NCBI GenBank assembly: GCA_050174015.1
Contig: JBFXKG010000012.1
Coordinates: 44,622 to 108,621 of the forward strand
Length of the DNA stretch: 64,000 bases
Direction: 5' to 3'
Source of the DNA: Candidatus Krumholzibacteriia bacterium
GTDB lineage: Bacteria > Krumholzibacteriota > Krumholzibacteriia > LZORAL124-64-63
Position numbers and translations under genes: made by a program. Below, in pieces: positions 53,762-64,000 of the stretch. The notes under the pieces are model-generated. The model saw only the letters and a program-made list of their open reading frames with translations. It had not been told where the DNA came from and did not search any database. Position 1 is the first letter of the stretch, and the number at the start of each line of letters is the position of its first letter.

Positions 53762-55545
53762 GCCTCGACCTCACGGGGGATGTGCAGGGTGAAGGTGCTG
53801 CCCTCGCCCAGCCGGCTTCGGACCTCAACGCGGCCGTGGTGGACCTGGGCGATGTGCTTGACGATGGCCAGGCCCAGACCGGTTCCGCCCATCTGGCGGC
53901 TGCGGGCCTTGTCCACCCGGTAGAACCGTTCGAACAGGCGGGGCAGATGCTCGGCGGCGATGCCGGGGCCCTCGTCGCGGACGCTGATCACCACGTCGGG
54001 GCCGGCCAGGGAGCATTCCAGGGCGATGGGAGAGCCTTCGGGACTGTACTTCAGGGCGTTCTCCAGCAGGTTGGTCACGGCCTGTTCGACCAGGGGGGCG
54101 TTGATGCGGGCCCGGGCCTCGGCGGGACAACGCAGGGCCACCCTGGTTTCGGCTTCCGGGCGCCTCGTGAACAGGTCGCGCAGGACCCGTTCGAGGACCG
54201 GGCCCAGGGGCAGGGAATGGACTTCGATGCCTCCGCCGTCCGTCTCCTTTTCCAGGCGGGACAGGGCGAGCAGGTCGCTGATGATGGAATCCAGACGGTC
54301 CGCCTGCTTGCTGATGATGGCGAGGAACCGCTCCAGTTCGGCGGGGTCCTCCGGGGGGTCCTCGATCAGGGTCTCCACGAAACCCTTGATGGAGGTGATG
54401 GGAGTCTTCAGTTCGTGGCTCACGTTGGCCACGAAGTCCCGCCGCATGTTCTCCAGCCGCCGCAGGCGCGTGATGTCGTTCAGCACGAGCAGGGCGCCGA
54501 TCGTCTTTCCGCCCGGCCCGACCACGCAGGAGGCGTGGACCTGGACCCAGACGTCCCTTTCGGCGCCCAGGTGGAGATCCCTTTCCAGGGGACCCCTGCC
54601 GGCAAGGGCGTCCTGGGCCAGGCGGGTGAGCATGGGATTCTTGCCGACCTCCTGGATGGTCCGCCCCAGGGCGGTGTCCCGGTTGACGCCCAGCAGCCGG
54701 CAACCGGCCCGGTTGAGATTCATGACGTTCTCGTCGGTGTCCACGGCCAGGACGCCCTCCACCATGCTGGTCAGCACGGCTTCGAGTTCGTTGCGCTGGT
54801 TCTCGATGGTGGCGATGCGTTCGCCCAGCTGTTCGGCCATGGCGTTCATGGCCTCGGCGACCGCGGCGATCTCGGTGGTGCTGCTGATCCGCAGGCGGCG
54901 GGTCAGATCCCCCCGGGCGAAGGCCTGGGCTCCCGCCTGCAGCCTGCCCAGGGATTGCGCGAAGGCCCGCGACAGCAGGATGCTGGCCCCCCCGGCCACC
55001 AGGAAGAGAGCCAGGCCCACCAGGGCGATCCTGCGGTTGACCCGGCCGGTGACCTCGTTCAGCTGGGTCAGGGGCAAGGAGATGCGCAGGACGAAACCCA
55101 CCGCGGCAGGGTCTGCGGCGAAGGAGGGGACGGCCACATAGAGCCGTTGATGGCCGAGGGTGGGGCTGTACCGGATGGCGGATCCGGTCTCGCCCCGCAG
55201 GGCGGCGGCGATTTCCGGACGGTCGGCGTGATTCTCCATCTTTTCCGGCCGGCTGCGGGAATCGCCGATCACCTTCCCGTCGGGCAGGACGACGGTCAGC
55301 CGGGATCCGCTGACCCGGCCCAGGTCCTGGCAGGCGGCCTGGACGCCGGGAAAATCACCATCCGACACCAGCGGGGCGAACCGGGCCTCGAGGACCTCGC
55401 CCTGCCGCTGGAGTTCCTCGGTGGACCTCTCGATGAAGAAGATCCGCATGGCCCGGCCCGCGAAACCGGTCACCAGCACGATCGCCACCAGCAGGATGAC
55501 GAACAGGGGAGGGGCGAACGTCCACAGCAGATTGCGCCTGGCCAT
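53758..55545 (-). CDS. phoR: Phosphate regulon sensor kinase PhoR (HAMP, PAS)
   Basis: MENHADRPE sensor region, RRDFVANVSHELKTP, FERFYRVDKARSR, GGTGLGLAIVKH. Confidence 0.93.
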   Translation of the reverse strand: MARRNLLWTFAPPLFVILLVAIVLVTGFAGRAMRIFFIERSTEELQRQGEVLEARFAPLVSDGDFPGVQAACQDLGRVSGSRLTVVLPDGKVIGDSRSRPEKMENHADRPEIAAALRGETGSAIRYSPTLGHQRLYVAVPSFAADPAAVGFVLRISLPLTQLNEVTGRVNRRIALVGLALFLVAGGASILLSRAFAQSLGRLQAGAQAFARGDLTRRLRISSTTEIAAVAEAMNAMAEQLGERIATIENQRNELEAVLTSMVEGVLAVDTDENVMNLNRAGCRLLGVNRDTALGRTIQEVGKNPMLTRLAQDALAGRGPLERDLHLGAERDVWVQVHASCVVGPGGKTIGALLVLNDITRLRRLENMRRDFVANVSHELKTPITSIKGFVETLIEDPPEDPAELERFLAIISKQADRLDSIISDLLALSRLEKETDGGGIEVHSLPLGPVLERVLRDLFTRRPEAETRVALRCPAEARARINAPLVEQAVTNLLENALKYSPEGSPIALECSLAGPDVVISVRDEGPGIAAEHLPRLFERFYRVDKARSRQMGGTGLGLAIVKHIAQVHHGRVEVRSRLGEGSTFTLHIPREVEA

Positions 55546-55547
55546 GC

Positions 55548-56234
<687 letters not shown>

Positions 56235-56386
56235 GTCGGTCCGCCCTTTCCCGTGTTAACCCGATGCCAACACGAAACCATTCGCGGGAAGCGTCCAAGA
56301 GGGTCGGTCCGCGGGCCGGTTTGCGCAAGTTAGGAATTGGTAAAGGCGGCAGGCGAGTCCGGATCGTAAAGTCCACGGCGGCGGTA

Positions 56387-56425
56387 TTTACGTTCTTTTT
56401 ACATTGCATTGGTTTTCCATTGACA
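56387..56425. promoter_or_regulatory. Pho box: 11-bp-periodic direct repeats between phoB and pstS
   Basis: TTTACG-N5-TTTACA-N5-TTGGTT-N5-TTGACA; the minus strand reads TGTCAA, TGTAAA and CGTAAA. Confidence 0.65.
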
Positions 56426-56538
56426 TACGGGGCCTACCGTGTGGTCCGAGTTCCGGTCCCCGTTCCGGCCCATCGACCCGGTGGCGGGGGATGACGGATA
56501 CCTGAATCCGGTTGGGTTGCGATGAAAGGATGGTTGAC

Positions 56539-57534
56539 ATGTCCCGACGCATGACCAGGATCGCGGCCGCGGTCACCCTCTGTCTGTTCAGCATCAGCGG
56601 CGCGCTTGCCGCGGTGGCGGTGGACCCGGCCCTGCCCGGCTACCGGAAGCAGTCCGAGGTCTCAGGCAACATCAAGAGCATCGGCTCCGACACCATGAAC
56701 AACGAGATGGCCCTGTGGGCCGAGGGCTTCCGGGCCTTCCACCCCGGCGTCAAGGTCGAGGTCGAGGGCAAGGGGTCCTCCACCGCTCCCCCGGCCCTGA
56801 TCGCGGGGACCAGCAACTTCGGCCCCATGAGCCGGCAGATGAAGAGCAAGGAGATCGACGAGTTCGAGAAGCGGTTCGGCTACAAGCCCGTGCAGCTGCG
56901 CACCAGCATCGACATGCTGGCGGTCTACGTCCACAAGGACAACCCCATCAAGGGGCTGACCCTCCAGCAGATCGACGCGATCTTCAGCAAGACCCGCAAG
57001 GGCGGCTACGATCGGGACATCAGGACCTGGGGCGACCTGGGCCTCGGCGGAGAATGGGCCGACAAGCCCATCAGCCTCTACGGCCGCAACAGCGCCTCCG
57101 GCACCTACGGGTACTTCAAGGACCACGCGCTGTTCAAGGGCGACTACAAGGACGAGGTCAAGGAGCAGCCGGGCAGCAGCTCCGTGGTCCAGGGCGTCGC
57201 TTCCGATCTCTACGGCATCGGCTACAGCGGCATCGGCTACATGACGTCGGACGTCCGCCCCGTGCCCCTTTCCGCCGAGACCGGCGCCCAGGTGGAATTC
57301 ATGGACGCGGCCCCGGAGAACGCCTACTCTGGCGACTATCCCCTGGCCCGATTCCTCTACCTGGTCGTCAACCACAAGCCCGGCAGCCAGCTCGACGACC
57401 TGCGCAGGGAATTCGTCAGGTTCGTGTTCAGCAAGGACGGCCAGGAAGTGGTGGTCAAGGACGGCTACCTGCCGGTGCCGGCGACCGTCGCCCGCCAGGA
57501 GCTGGAATCGGTGGGCATCGAGGCCGGATTCTGA
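56539..57534 (+). CDS. pstS: Phosphate ABC transporter binding protein PstS
   Basis: GSDTM, GKGSSTAP, GPMSR, GRNSASGTY, IGYSGIGY, YPLARFLY. Confidence 0.95.
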   Translation: MSRRMTRIAAAVTLCLFSISGALAAVAVDPALPGYRKQSEVSGNIKSIGSDTMNNEMALWAEGFRAFHPGVKVEVEGKGSSTAPPALIAGTSNFGPMSRQMKSKEIDEFEKRFGYKPVQLRTSIDMLAVYVHKDNPIKGLTLQQIDAIFSKTRKGGYDRDIRTWGDLGLGGEWADKPISLYGRNSASGTYGYFKDHALFKGDYKDEVKEQPGSSSVVQGVASDLYGIGYSGIGYMTSDVRPVPLSAETGAQVEFMDAAPENAYSGDYPLARFLYLVVNHKPGSQLDDLRREFVRFVFSKDGQEVVVKDGYLPVPATVARQELESVGIEAGF

Positions 57535-57567
57535 TTCCGATCCGTTCGACCCGAAACGACCGGAGCC

Positions 57568-60177
57568 ATGAGCCAGGACAAGGACAACCAGCCCAAGCGG
57601 ACCTTCACCGGCCAGAGGTTCGCCAGGAAGCCCCGCCGCCGGGTCCTCCTGGTGGACCGCTGGGCCGAAGGTCTGATCACCCTCAGCGGAATCGGCGGCA
57701 TCGCCGCCGTTTCCCTCGTGGGGTTGTTCCTCCTCTGGGTGGTCCTGCCCCTGCTCCGGTCCACCGGGCTCGAGAGGGAGACCGATCTGACCCGTCCCGG
57801 GGGACCGTCCTCCGGTGAGGGAGGGCCGATCGTGGCGCAAGCCACGGACGGCTATGGGACCATGCTCTGGAGCCTGCGCCGGGATGGCCGGATCTTCGTC
57901 CAGGATCTGGCATCCGGGGCGGAGCTCGACCATACTCTTCTGAACGGGGAGTCCGGGCTGCGTGCCTGGTCCGGGGTCAGCGAGGATCGGGTGGCCTGCG
58001 GATTCGCCGACGGAACCGTGATCCTGGCCGGCATCGGGTTCGCCACCGCCTACTACGAGGGCGGGGACGTCCCGCCGGGATTCGGCGATTTGGAGTCCGG
58101 GCAAAGCCGGGTCTACGGCGACGGCCTGCTGACCAGAACGCCCGAGGGCCAGTTCCGGCACCAGTATCTTGCCCTGGACCTGCCCGATCCGCTGGAATTG
58201 AGCCCGCATCCCCTGGTCCTGGTCGACTTCACCCGGACCACCAGCGGTTTCGTGGTGGCGGCCCTGGATTCGGCCGGGATCTTCCATTACCGCAAAATCA
58301 CCCGGAAGACCAACATGCTGACGGGCAAGACGACTCTCCGCAGTGCAGGCGAGAGTCTGGATCTTGTCGACTTCGGGGTGGAGCGGGTCGACCGGATCAC
58401 CCACCTGAAGCTGAGCGACACCGGTGACCTCTCCCTGTTGATCCATGCGGACGGCGTGGCCTCGCTCCTGGAGGTCCGGGAGGGAACCTTCCGTTTGCTG
58501 GGCGATCAGGATCTGATCCCGGAACCGGGAGTGCGGGTGACGGCCGTCGCGTTCCTGGCGGGGCACGCCTCGCTCGCGGTCGGGGACAGCGGGGGCGGGG
58601 TCACGGTCTGGTTCCCGGTCCTGGGGGAGATGGGGGAGTCGTCGGCTTACGTTCCGGCCCACGAGCTGGAGCCGGGCCCCGCCCCGGTGACGGCCCTGGC
58701 CCCCTCGACCCGGTCGCGGATGCTCGCCGCGGGTTTCGCCGACGGGAGCCTGCGGGTCTATCACGTGACCGCCGACCGGCTGCTGGGCGAAGGCCGGACG
58801 TCGGGGGGAGAGGTCGAGCGGATCGTCATCGCGCCCCGCGAGGATCTGGTCGTCGTTTCGGGAGCCGCCGGGGTCGGGTTGTGGGCCCTGGACGCCCCCT
58901 ACGCCGAGATCAGCCTCAAGACCCTCCTGCGGCCGGTCTGGTACGAAGGATACCCCGCTCCGGCGTACGTCTGGCAGTCCAGCGGGGCCGCGGACAGCTT
59001 CGAGCCCAAGATGAGCCTGGTCCCCCTGGTGTTCGGCACCCTGAAGGCAACCTTCTACTCCCTGTTCTTCGGTCTGCCCCTGGCGGTGCTGGCGGCGATC
59101 TACACCAGCGAATTCCTGCACAAGAGGACCAGGGCCCGGGTCAAGCCGGTCATCGAGATCATGGCCAGCCTGCCGAGCGTCGTCCTCGGATTCCTGGCCG
59201 CCCTGGTGATGGCGCCCCTGGTGGAACGCCACGCCATGCCCATCATCGGGGTGATCGTCATGACTCCCGTGTTCGTGCTGCTCGGGGCCCAGCTGTGGCA
59301 GTTCATGCCCAGGCACCTCGCGGCCAGGTTCGACCATTCCCGTCCGGTGGCCATGTTCGCGGCCATGGCCCTGGGGGCCGTCGCTGCGTGGAATCTGGCG
59401 CCGTTGCTGGAGCGCATCGCCTTCGCGGGCGACTTCAAGCTCTGGCTGGACGGGCAGGTCGGTTCGGGAGTCGCCGGCTGGGTGGTCATGCTCATGGTTC
59501 CGGCCGGCATGCTCATGGGCTGGCTGAACGCCCTGCACGGGGAGAGGATCATCCGGACGCTGAACCCCGCCTGGAGCCTGCAGCGGATCGCCCTTGTCGA
59601 TCTCCTCCGCTTCCTGGTCAGCCTGGGCGGGGCCCTGGTGATCGCCCTGGCCCTCGGGTGGCTCCTGGACTCCGCAGGGTGGGATCCGCGCGGGTCGGTC
59701 CTGGGCACCTACGTCCAGCGCAACGCCCTGATCGTGGGGATCGCCATGGGCTTCGCGGTCATTCCCATCATCTACTCCATCAGCGAGGACGCCCTGGTCT
59801 CGGTGCCCGATTCCTTGCGGGCGGCCTCGCTCGGGGCCGGGGCGACCCCCTGGCAGACCGCCCTCCTGGTGGTCATCCCCCCGGCGATGAGCGGCTTGTT
59901 CTCCGCGGCCATGATCGGGGTGGGGCGCGCGGTGGGTGAGACCATGATCGTCCTGATGGCGGCCGGCAATACACCCATCATGGACATGAACATCTTCAAC
60001 GGATTCCGGACGCTCTCGGCCAACCTGGCCGTGGAACTGCCTGAAGCGGTCCAGAACAGCACGCACTACCGGACCCTGTTCCTGGCCGCCTTGACCCTGT
60101 TCGTGATGACCTTCATCCTGAACACGGTGGCTGAAGGGGTCCGCCTCCACTTCCGGAAGAAGACGAGCCAGCTGTGA
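57568..60177 (+). CDS. pstC: Long-form PstC with a large periplasmic beta-propeller-like insertion
   Basis: GTLKATFY, EIMASLPSVVLG, AVIPIIYSISEDA, GRAVGETMIV, RTLFLAAL; WD-like segments in the first half. Confidence 0.9.
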   Translation: MSQDKDNQPKRTFTGQRFARKPRRRVLLVDRWAEGLITLSGIGGIAAVSLVGLFLLWVVLPLLRSTGLERETDLTRPGGPSSGEGGPIVAQATDGYGTMLWSLRRDGRIFVQDLASGAELDHTLLNGESGLRAWSGVSEDRVACGFADGTVILAGIGFATAYYEGGDVPPGFGDLESGQSRVYGDGLLTRTPEGQFRHQYLALDLPDPLELSPHPLVLVDFTRTTSGFVVAALDSAGIFHYRKITRKTNMLTGKTTLRSAGESLDLVDFGVERVDRITHLKLSDTGDLSLLIHADGVASLLEVREGTFRLLGDQDLIPEPGVRVTAVAFLAGHASLAVGDSGGGVTVWFPVLGEMGESSAYVPAHELEPGPAPVTALAPSTRSRMLAAGFADGSLRVYHVTADRLLGEGRTSGGEVERIVIAPREDLVVVSGAAGVGLWALDAPYAEISLKTLLRPVWYEGYPAPAYVWQSSGAADSFEPKMSLVPLVFGTLKATFYSLFFGLPLAVLAAIYTSEFLHKRTRARVKPVIEIMASLPSVVLGFLAALVMAPLVERHAMPIIGVIVMTPVFVLLGAQLWQFMPRHLAARFDHSRPVAMFAAMALGAVAAWNLAPLLERIAFAGDFKLWLDGQVGSGVAGWVVMLMVPAGMLMGWLNALHGERIIRTLNPAWSLQRIALVDLLRFLVSLGGALVIALALGWLLDSAGWDPRGSVLGTYVQRNALIVGIAMGFAVIPIIYSISEDALVSVPDSLRAASLGAGATPWQTALLVVIPPAMSGLFSAAMIGVGRAVGETMIVLMAAGNTPIMDMNIFNGFRTLSANLAVELPEAVQNSTHYRTLFLAALTLFVMTFILNTVAEGVRLHFRKKTSQL

Positions 60178-61700
60178 GCAGGAATCCGGAATCAACCCGG
60201 CCAGGGCGCCCCCGGCGCTCCCCGACCGCGACCTCCATGCTGGCGCGGGGCGAACCCGTCGTCTGGTTGACGGGGTCGGGCCTGGTCATCGGCCTGTTGA
60301 TGGTGACGGTGCTGGTGGGCTACGTCTTCCACCAGGGGCTGATCACCTTCTGGCCCCGGCCGGTGGTCGCCCTGACGACGCCGGATGGACGGACCCATCT
60401 GGGCGAGGTCACGCGCGAGGACAGCTTCATCCCCCCGCCGGACCTGATCCCGGGGCTCGATGGCGAGCCGCGGGGGCGGGCCGAGGCCGAAGCCGCCCTG
60501 AGGGAGGGAGCCCTGGGTCGACGTCTGCTGCGCACCGGCAACTTCGAACTGACCGGGGAGCACTTCCGCTGGGTCGAGGATTACCTGATCGCCGAAGGCG
60601 GCGAAACGCGCCCCGAATGGGCGCTGGTCATCGAGAGGATGACCTGGGGCCGGTTCTACGGGTTCCCCACGGCCTTCTTGCTGGGAGGCGAGGTGACGGC
60701 GGAGGATCCGTCCCGCATCTGGGACCTCTTCCAGGCCCATCATGGCGATGACCATTCCGCCGGGGCCGTCCTGAGGGTGCGGGCCGCCTCCGGCGAGGAA
60801 AAGGATCTGGAGCTGGCGGAGATCGTGCGGGCCTACCCCGCCAACCGGCTGGGTTTCCTGGACAAGGTCCGGGTGTACGCGAGCCGGTGGAACGAGTTCC
60901 TGACCGCCGAGCCCCGTGAGGCCAACAGCGAGGGGGGCGTGTTTCCCGCCATCTTCGGCACGGTGGTCATGACCCTGGCCATGACCATCCTGGTGATGCC
61001 GTTCGGCGTCATGGCCGCGCTGTACCTGCGGGAATATGCCAGGCAGGGCTGGCTGACCAGCGTGGTCCGGATCTCCATCAACAACCTGGCCGGGGTGCCC
61101 AGCATCGTCTTCGGGGTGTTCGGCCTCGGCTTCTTCTGCTACATCGTCGGAGGCGGCATCGACCAGGTGTTCTTCTCCGACAAGCTGCCCAGCCCTACCT
61201 TCGGGACCGGAGGGATCATGTGGGCCTCGCTGACCCTGGCCCTGCTGACCCTGCCGGTGGTCATCGTGGCGACGGAGGAGGCCCTGGCGGCCGTGCCGAC
61301 CTCGATGCGCGAGGGCTCCTTCGCCTGCGGGGCGACGCGCTGGCAGACCATCCGGCGCGTGGTCCTGCCCCGAGCCCTGCCCGGCGTCATGACGGGGGCG
61401 ATCCTGGCCATGGCGAGGGGCGCGGGAGAGGTCGCCCCGTTGATGCTGGTCGGCGCGGTCAAGCTGGCGCCCGACCTGCCGCTGGACCTGGAATGGCCCT
61501 TCATGCATCCCGAGCGCAGCTTCATGCACCTGGGTTTCCACATCTACGATCTGGGCTTCCAGAGCCAGAATTCGGAAGCCGCCAAACCCATGGTCTTCAC
61601 CACGACGCTGCTCTTGATGGGCATCGTCCTGTTCCTGAACGCGGCGGCGATCCGGCTCCGTTCCGGTCTGACCCGCAAGTACACGGGATCGAAGTTCTGA
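60174..61700 (+). CDS. pstA: Long-form PstA
   Basis: [40 protein letters not shown]; GTGA overlap. Confidence 0.93.
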   Translation: MSRNPESTRPGRPRRSPTATSMLARGEPVVWLTGSGLVIGLLMVTVLVGYVFHQGLITFWPRPVVALTTPDGRTHLGEVTREDSFIPPPDLIPGLDGEPRGRAEAEAALREGALGRRLLRTGNFELTGEHFRWVEDYLIAEGGETRPEWALVIERMTWGRFYGFPTAFLLGGEVTAEDPSRIWDLFQAHHGDDHSAGAVLRVRAASGEEKDLELAEIVRAYPANRLGFLDKVRVYASRWNEFLTAEPREANSEGGVFPAIFGTVVMTLAMTILVMPFGVMAALYLREYARQGWLTSVVRISINNLAGVPSIVFGVFGLGFFCYIVGGGIDQVFFSDKLPSPTFGTGGIMWASLTLALLTLPVVIVATEEALAAVPTSMREGSFACGATRWQTIRRVVLPRALPGVMTGAILAMARGAGEVAPLMLVGAVKLAPDLPLDLEWPFMHPERSFMHLGFHIYDLGFQSQNSEAAKPMVFTTTLLLMGIVLFLNAAAIRLRSGLTRKYTGSKF

Positions 61701-62581
61701 TGACCATGCCCCTGATGCGAAAGGAAAGCAACGCCATGGACGCCAAGCCCGCCGCCTTCGACAGGCTGGCCGCCATCGTCGCCGGGGAAACCGTGCCCCC
61801 GGAGATCCACTCCGAGGTGAGGGCGGAGGAGGCGATCCTCCAGGTCGAGGGTTTCAACCTCTGGTACGGGGCGAAGCAGGCGCTCTTCGACATCGGCATG
61901 CCCATTCCCCGGGGCAAGGTGACCGCCCTGATCGGTCCGTCGGGGTGCGGAAAAAGCACCCTGCTGCGGTCCGTCAACCGCATGAACGACCTCATCGATA
62001 CGGTCCGGATCTCGGGCAACATGCGCATCGCCGGGGACGAGATCTACGGCAAGGCGGTGGACGTCATCGAGCTGCGGCGCCGCATGGGCATGGTCTTCCA
62101 GAAGTCCAACCCGTTTCCCATGAGCATCCGGGAGAACGTGGTCTACGCCCTGCGCATCAACGGCGAGCGCAACCGCGCGGTTCTCGACGAGGTCTGCGAG
62201 AAGGCCCTGCGGGGGGCCGCCCTGTGGGACGAGGTCAAGGACCGCCTGGACGAGAGCGCCCTGGGGATGTCGGGAGGGCAGCAGCAGCGGCTGTGCATCG
62301 CCCGGGCCATCGCCGCCGAGCCCGAGATGCTGCTCATGGACGAGCCCTGCAGCGCCCTGGACCCCATCGCCACCAGCCGGGTGGAGGAGCTCATCCTCGA
62401 ACTCAGGGGCGACTACACCGTCCTGATCGTCACCCACAACATGCAGCAAGCCTCCCGGGTGAGCGACTACACCGCCTTCATGTACCTCGGCCAGGTCGTC
62501 GAATACGGTCCGACCGCACGGCTCTTCACCAATCCCCGCCTCAAGGAGACCGAGGACTACATCACCGGCCGTTTCGGTTGA
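61700..62581 (+). CDS. pstB: Phosphate ABC transporter ATPase PstB
   Basis: [44 protein letters not shown]; start could be 61736. Confidence 0.95.
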   Translation: MTMPLMRKESNAMDAKPAAFDRLAAIVAGETVPPEIHSEVRAEEAILQVEGFNLWYGAKQALFDIGMPIPRGKVTALIGPSGCGKSTLLRSVNRMNDLIDTVRISGNMRIAGDEIYGKAVDVIELRRRMGMVFQKSNPFPMSIRENVVYALRINGERNRAVLDEVCEKALRGAALWDEVKDRLDESALGMSGGQQQRLCIARAIAAEPEMLLMDEPCSALDPIATSRVEELILELRGDYTVLIVTHNMQQASRVSDYTAFMYLGQVVEYGPTARLFTNPRLKETEDYITGRFG

Positions 62582-63173
62582 AACGGCCCTTCGGTACGGC
62601 GCGAAACGGCCTGTTCATCGCAATTTGAGACTGTTAATCATTTGTCCGGGGCCTCGCCGGCGGGCCTGGGATGGGACGCCTGGTCGTTCCGTCATGTCCA
62701 AGCCAACGCATGAAGCCGTTGATTGAAAACAGGATCCTGCGGGTCCGGCCTTAGCGAAGTTTTTTTCTCACAATGGCTTGTCATTATCCTGAAAATGGCC
62801 CTCGCTGCCGGGGCAGCGGCCCCGGTATCGAGGGAGCCTCCTGTCGGGCGCGGAATGTTCTTGAAAAAACACCCATGAACCTACTATGTTTTAACTGTTT
62901 CTTTTCGCTTAAGTTAGGAGATTAAAGTCTTTGAAGTCATGTGGGTGTTGACTAGATTTGTGACAGGACCATGACGGCGGATGCTTGCCGTGACCCCTGG
63001 CGGACCTTGTGCCGGGGGCGAGTCGAGACAAGCCGGCTGTTAAGGACGTGACAGGTTCTGGGCCCGTCGCGTTTCCGGGCCGCAGGGCCGTCGTCGGGGT
63101 TCCCATGACGACGGTCGCCATTGGAGCCATCGCCATACCGGGCCGACCGGTAGCAGGGAAAGGTAGCGGAACC

Positions 63174-64000
63174 ATGTCCAGCAGCAGATCGACGCTGACT
63201 GCCCTCATCCTCCTGACCGGGATCCTCGGCTGGTCGTCTGCGCTTGCCGGGGACTTCCCCGACGCCATCTGCAACGACTGCCATACCAACACCGGCGGTT
63301 CCCCCACGGAGGTCAGCCTGCACGAGCTGGAGGGGAGCATCCACGAGGGGCTTTCCTGCACCGATTGCCACGTGGGAATCAAGTCGGTTCCCCACCCCCG
63401 GGAACTGGCCAGGCCCGATTGCGAGTCCTGTCACGAGGACGTGGTCGAAACCTACGTCCAGCACGGCCGGGGATTCGTGGGCGTGTCTCCCCACGTGCCC
63501 GCCTGCCAGGATTGTCACGGCAGCCATCAGATCCTGCCGCACACCGATCCGCAATCGACGGTCCACGCGTCCAACCTGCCGGCGACCTGCGGCGCCTGCC
63601 ACGAGGACCAGGACTTCCTCGAGCAGCTCAACATCAAGTTCAAGCACCCCATCGAGGTCTACCAGCAGGGGGTGCACGGCAAGGCGACCGCCGGCGGCAA
63701 GGACACCGCCGCATCCTGCAACGATTGCCACTCGACCGGCGGCAGCGCCCACCGGATCCTGCCTCCCGGCAACATCGAATCGACCATCAACTTCTTCAAC
63801 ATCTCCAAGACCTGCGGCAAGTGCCACGGCACCATCCAGGAGGAATTCGAAACCGGCATCCACGGCGAATTCGTGGCCCGCGGCGAGGTGGACGCTCCCA
63901 CTTGCACCCACTGCCACGGCGAACACGGCATCCTGGCGACGGACGATCCGCGGTCGCCCGTCAGTCCCTTCCGCGTCGCGGAGGCGACCTGCTCCCCCTG
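63174..64000 (+). CDS. Multiheme c-type cytochrome, 3'-truncated by the window edge; repeat pattern like CbcL/CbcA-type cytochromes
   Basis: Manual translation (not in the ORF track): signal peptide, then CNDCH, CTDCH, CESCH, CQDCH, CGACH, CNDCH, CGKCH, CTHCH and a truncated CSPC at the edge. Confidence 0.88.
   Translation, partial: MSSSRSTLTALILLTGILGWSSALAGDFPDAICNDCHTNTGGSPTEVSLHELEGSIHEGLSCTDCHVGIKSVPHPRELARPDCESCHEDVVETYVQHGRGFVGVSPHVPACQDCHGSHQILPHTDPQSTVHASNLPATCGACHEDQDFLEQLNIKFKHPIEVYQQGVHGKATAGGKDTAASCNDCHSTGGSAHRILPPGNIESTINFFNISKTCGKCHGTIQEEFETGIHGEFVARGEVDAPTCTHCHGEHGILATDDPRSPVSPFRVAEATCSP

Noticed and set aside
62567-62588. 9-bp hairpin over the pstB stop, and another hairpin at about 62799-62834
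   Set aside because: No U-tract, so they cannot be called terminators or an ncRNA from sequence alone
62629-62639. GACTGTTAATC, resembling a tRNA-Asn anticodon arm
   Set aside because: The anticodon stem does not pair, and there is no D-arm, T-arm or acceptor stem
62998-63013. TGGCGGACCTTGTGCC, a possible sigma54 promoter before the last cytochrome
   Set aside because: Spacing is correct but the match outside GG/GC is poor; expected by chance at this GC content

Overview
High-GC bacterial chromosome segment with no CRISPR array, tRNA/rRNA or mobile element that I can support. Secreted proteins ending in a PNPFNP/FlgD-Ig domain or a short SWGxLKAx(F/Y)K tail suggest an FCB-group candidate lineage such as Krumholzibacteriota/Eisenbacteria (inference from memory, not a search). 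From left to right: ADH C-terminus, orphan lipoprotein, ABC-F, bacterioferritin, NifS-SelD fusion, MtfA-like peptidase, MacAB-type ABC exporter and two tandem Cys-rich secreted paralogs. Then comes a 14-kb respiratory island: an MtrA-like decaheme, an MtrB-like porin, a hexaheme lipoprotein, three unusual accessory genes, a hexaheme c3-type cytochrome, rnfCDGEAB and a convergent apbE. After that: a Ser/Thr kinase relic with an FHA-GAF-PP2C phosphatase, DUF6165, GT9, S9 peptidase, ggt, a probable 32-aa small ORF, a secreted GH57 multidomain enzyme with a multi-CBM partner, a sigma54 two-component system with CusCBA (clear -24/-12 promoter and tandem palindromic enhancer), xth, LysM-DUF4015, an aminotransferase, YkgJ, phoU-phoR-phoB, a Pho box with pstSCAB, and the start of another multiheme cytochrome. 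The best candidate for an undescribed system is the apparently rewired Rnf. RnfC lacks the NADH/FMN glycine motif, RnfD has Glu in place of the FMN-carrying Thr, RnfG keeps its FMN Thr, and RnfB is fused to a GltD/NfnB-like NADP(H) module. It is encoded with periplasmic and outer-membrane cytochromes and could form an NADPH-to-cell-surface electron conduit. The second candidate is the SWGxLK C-terminal tail as a possible protein-sorting signal. All product calls come from motifs recognised by eye; no database searches were run.
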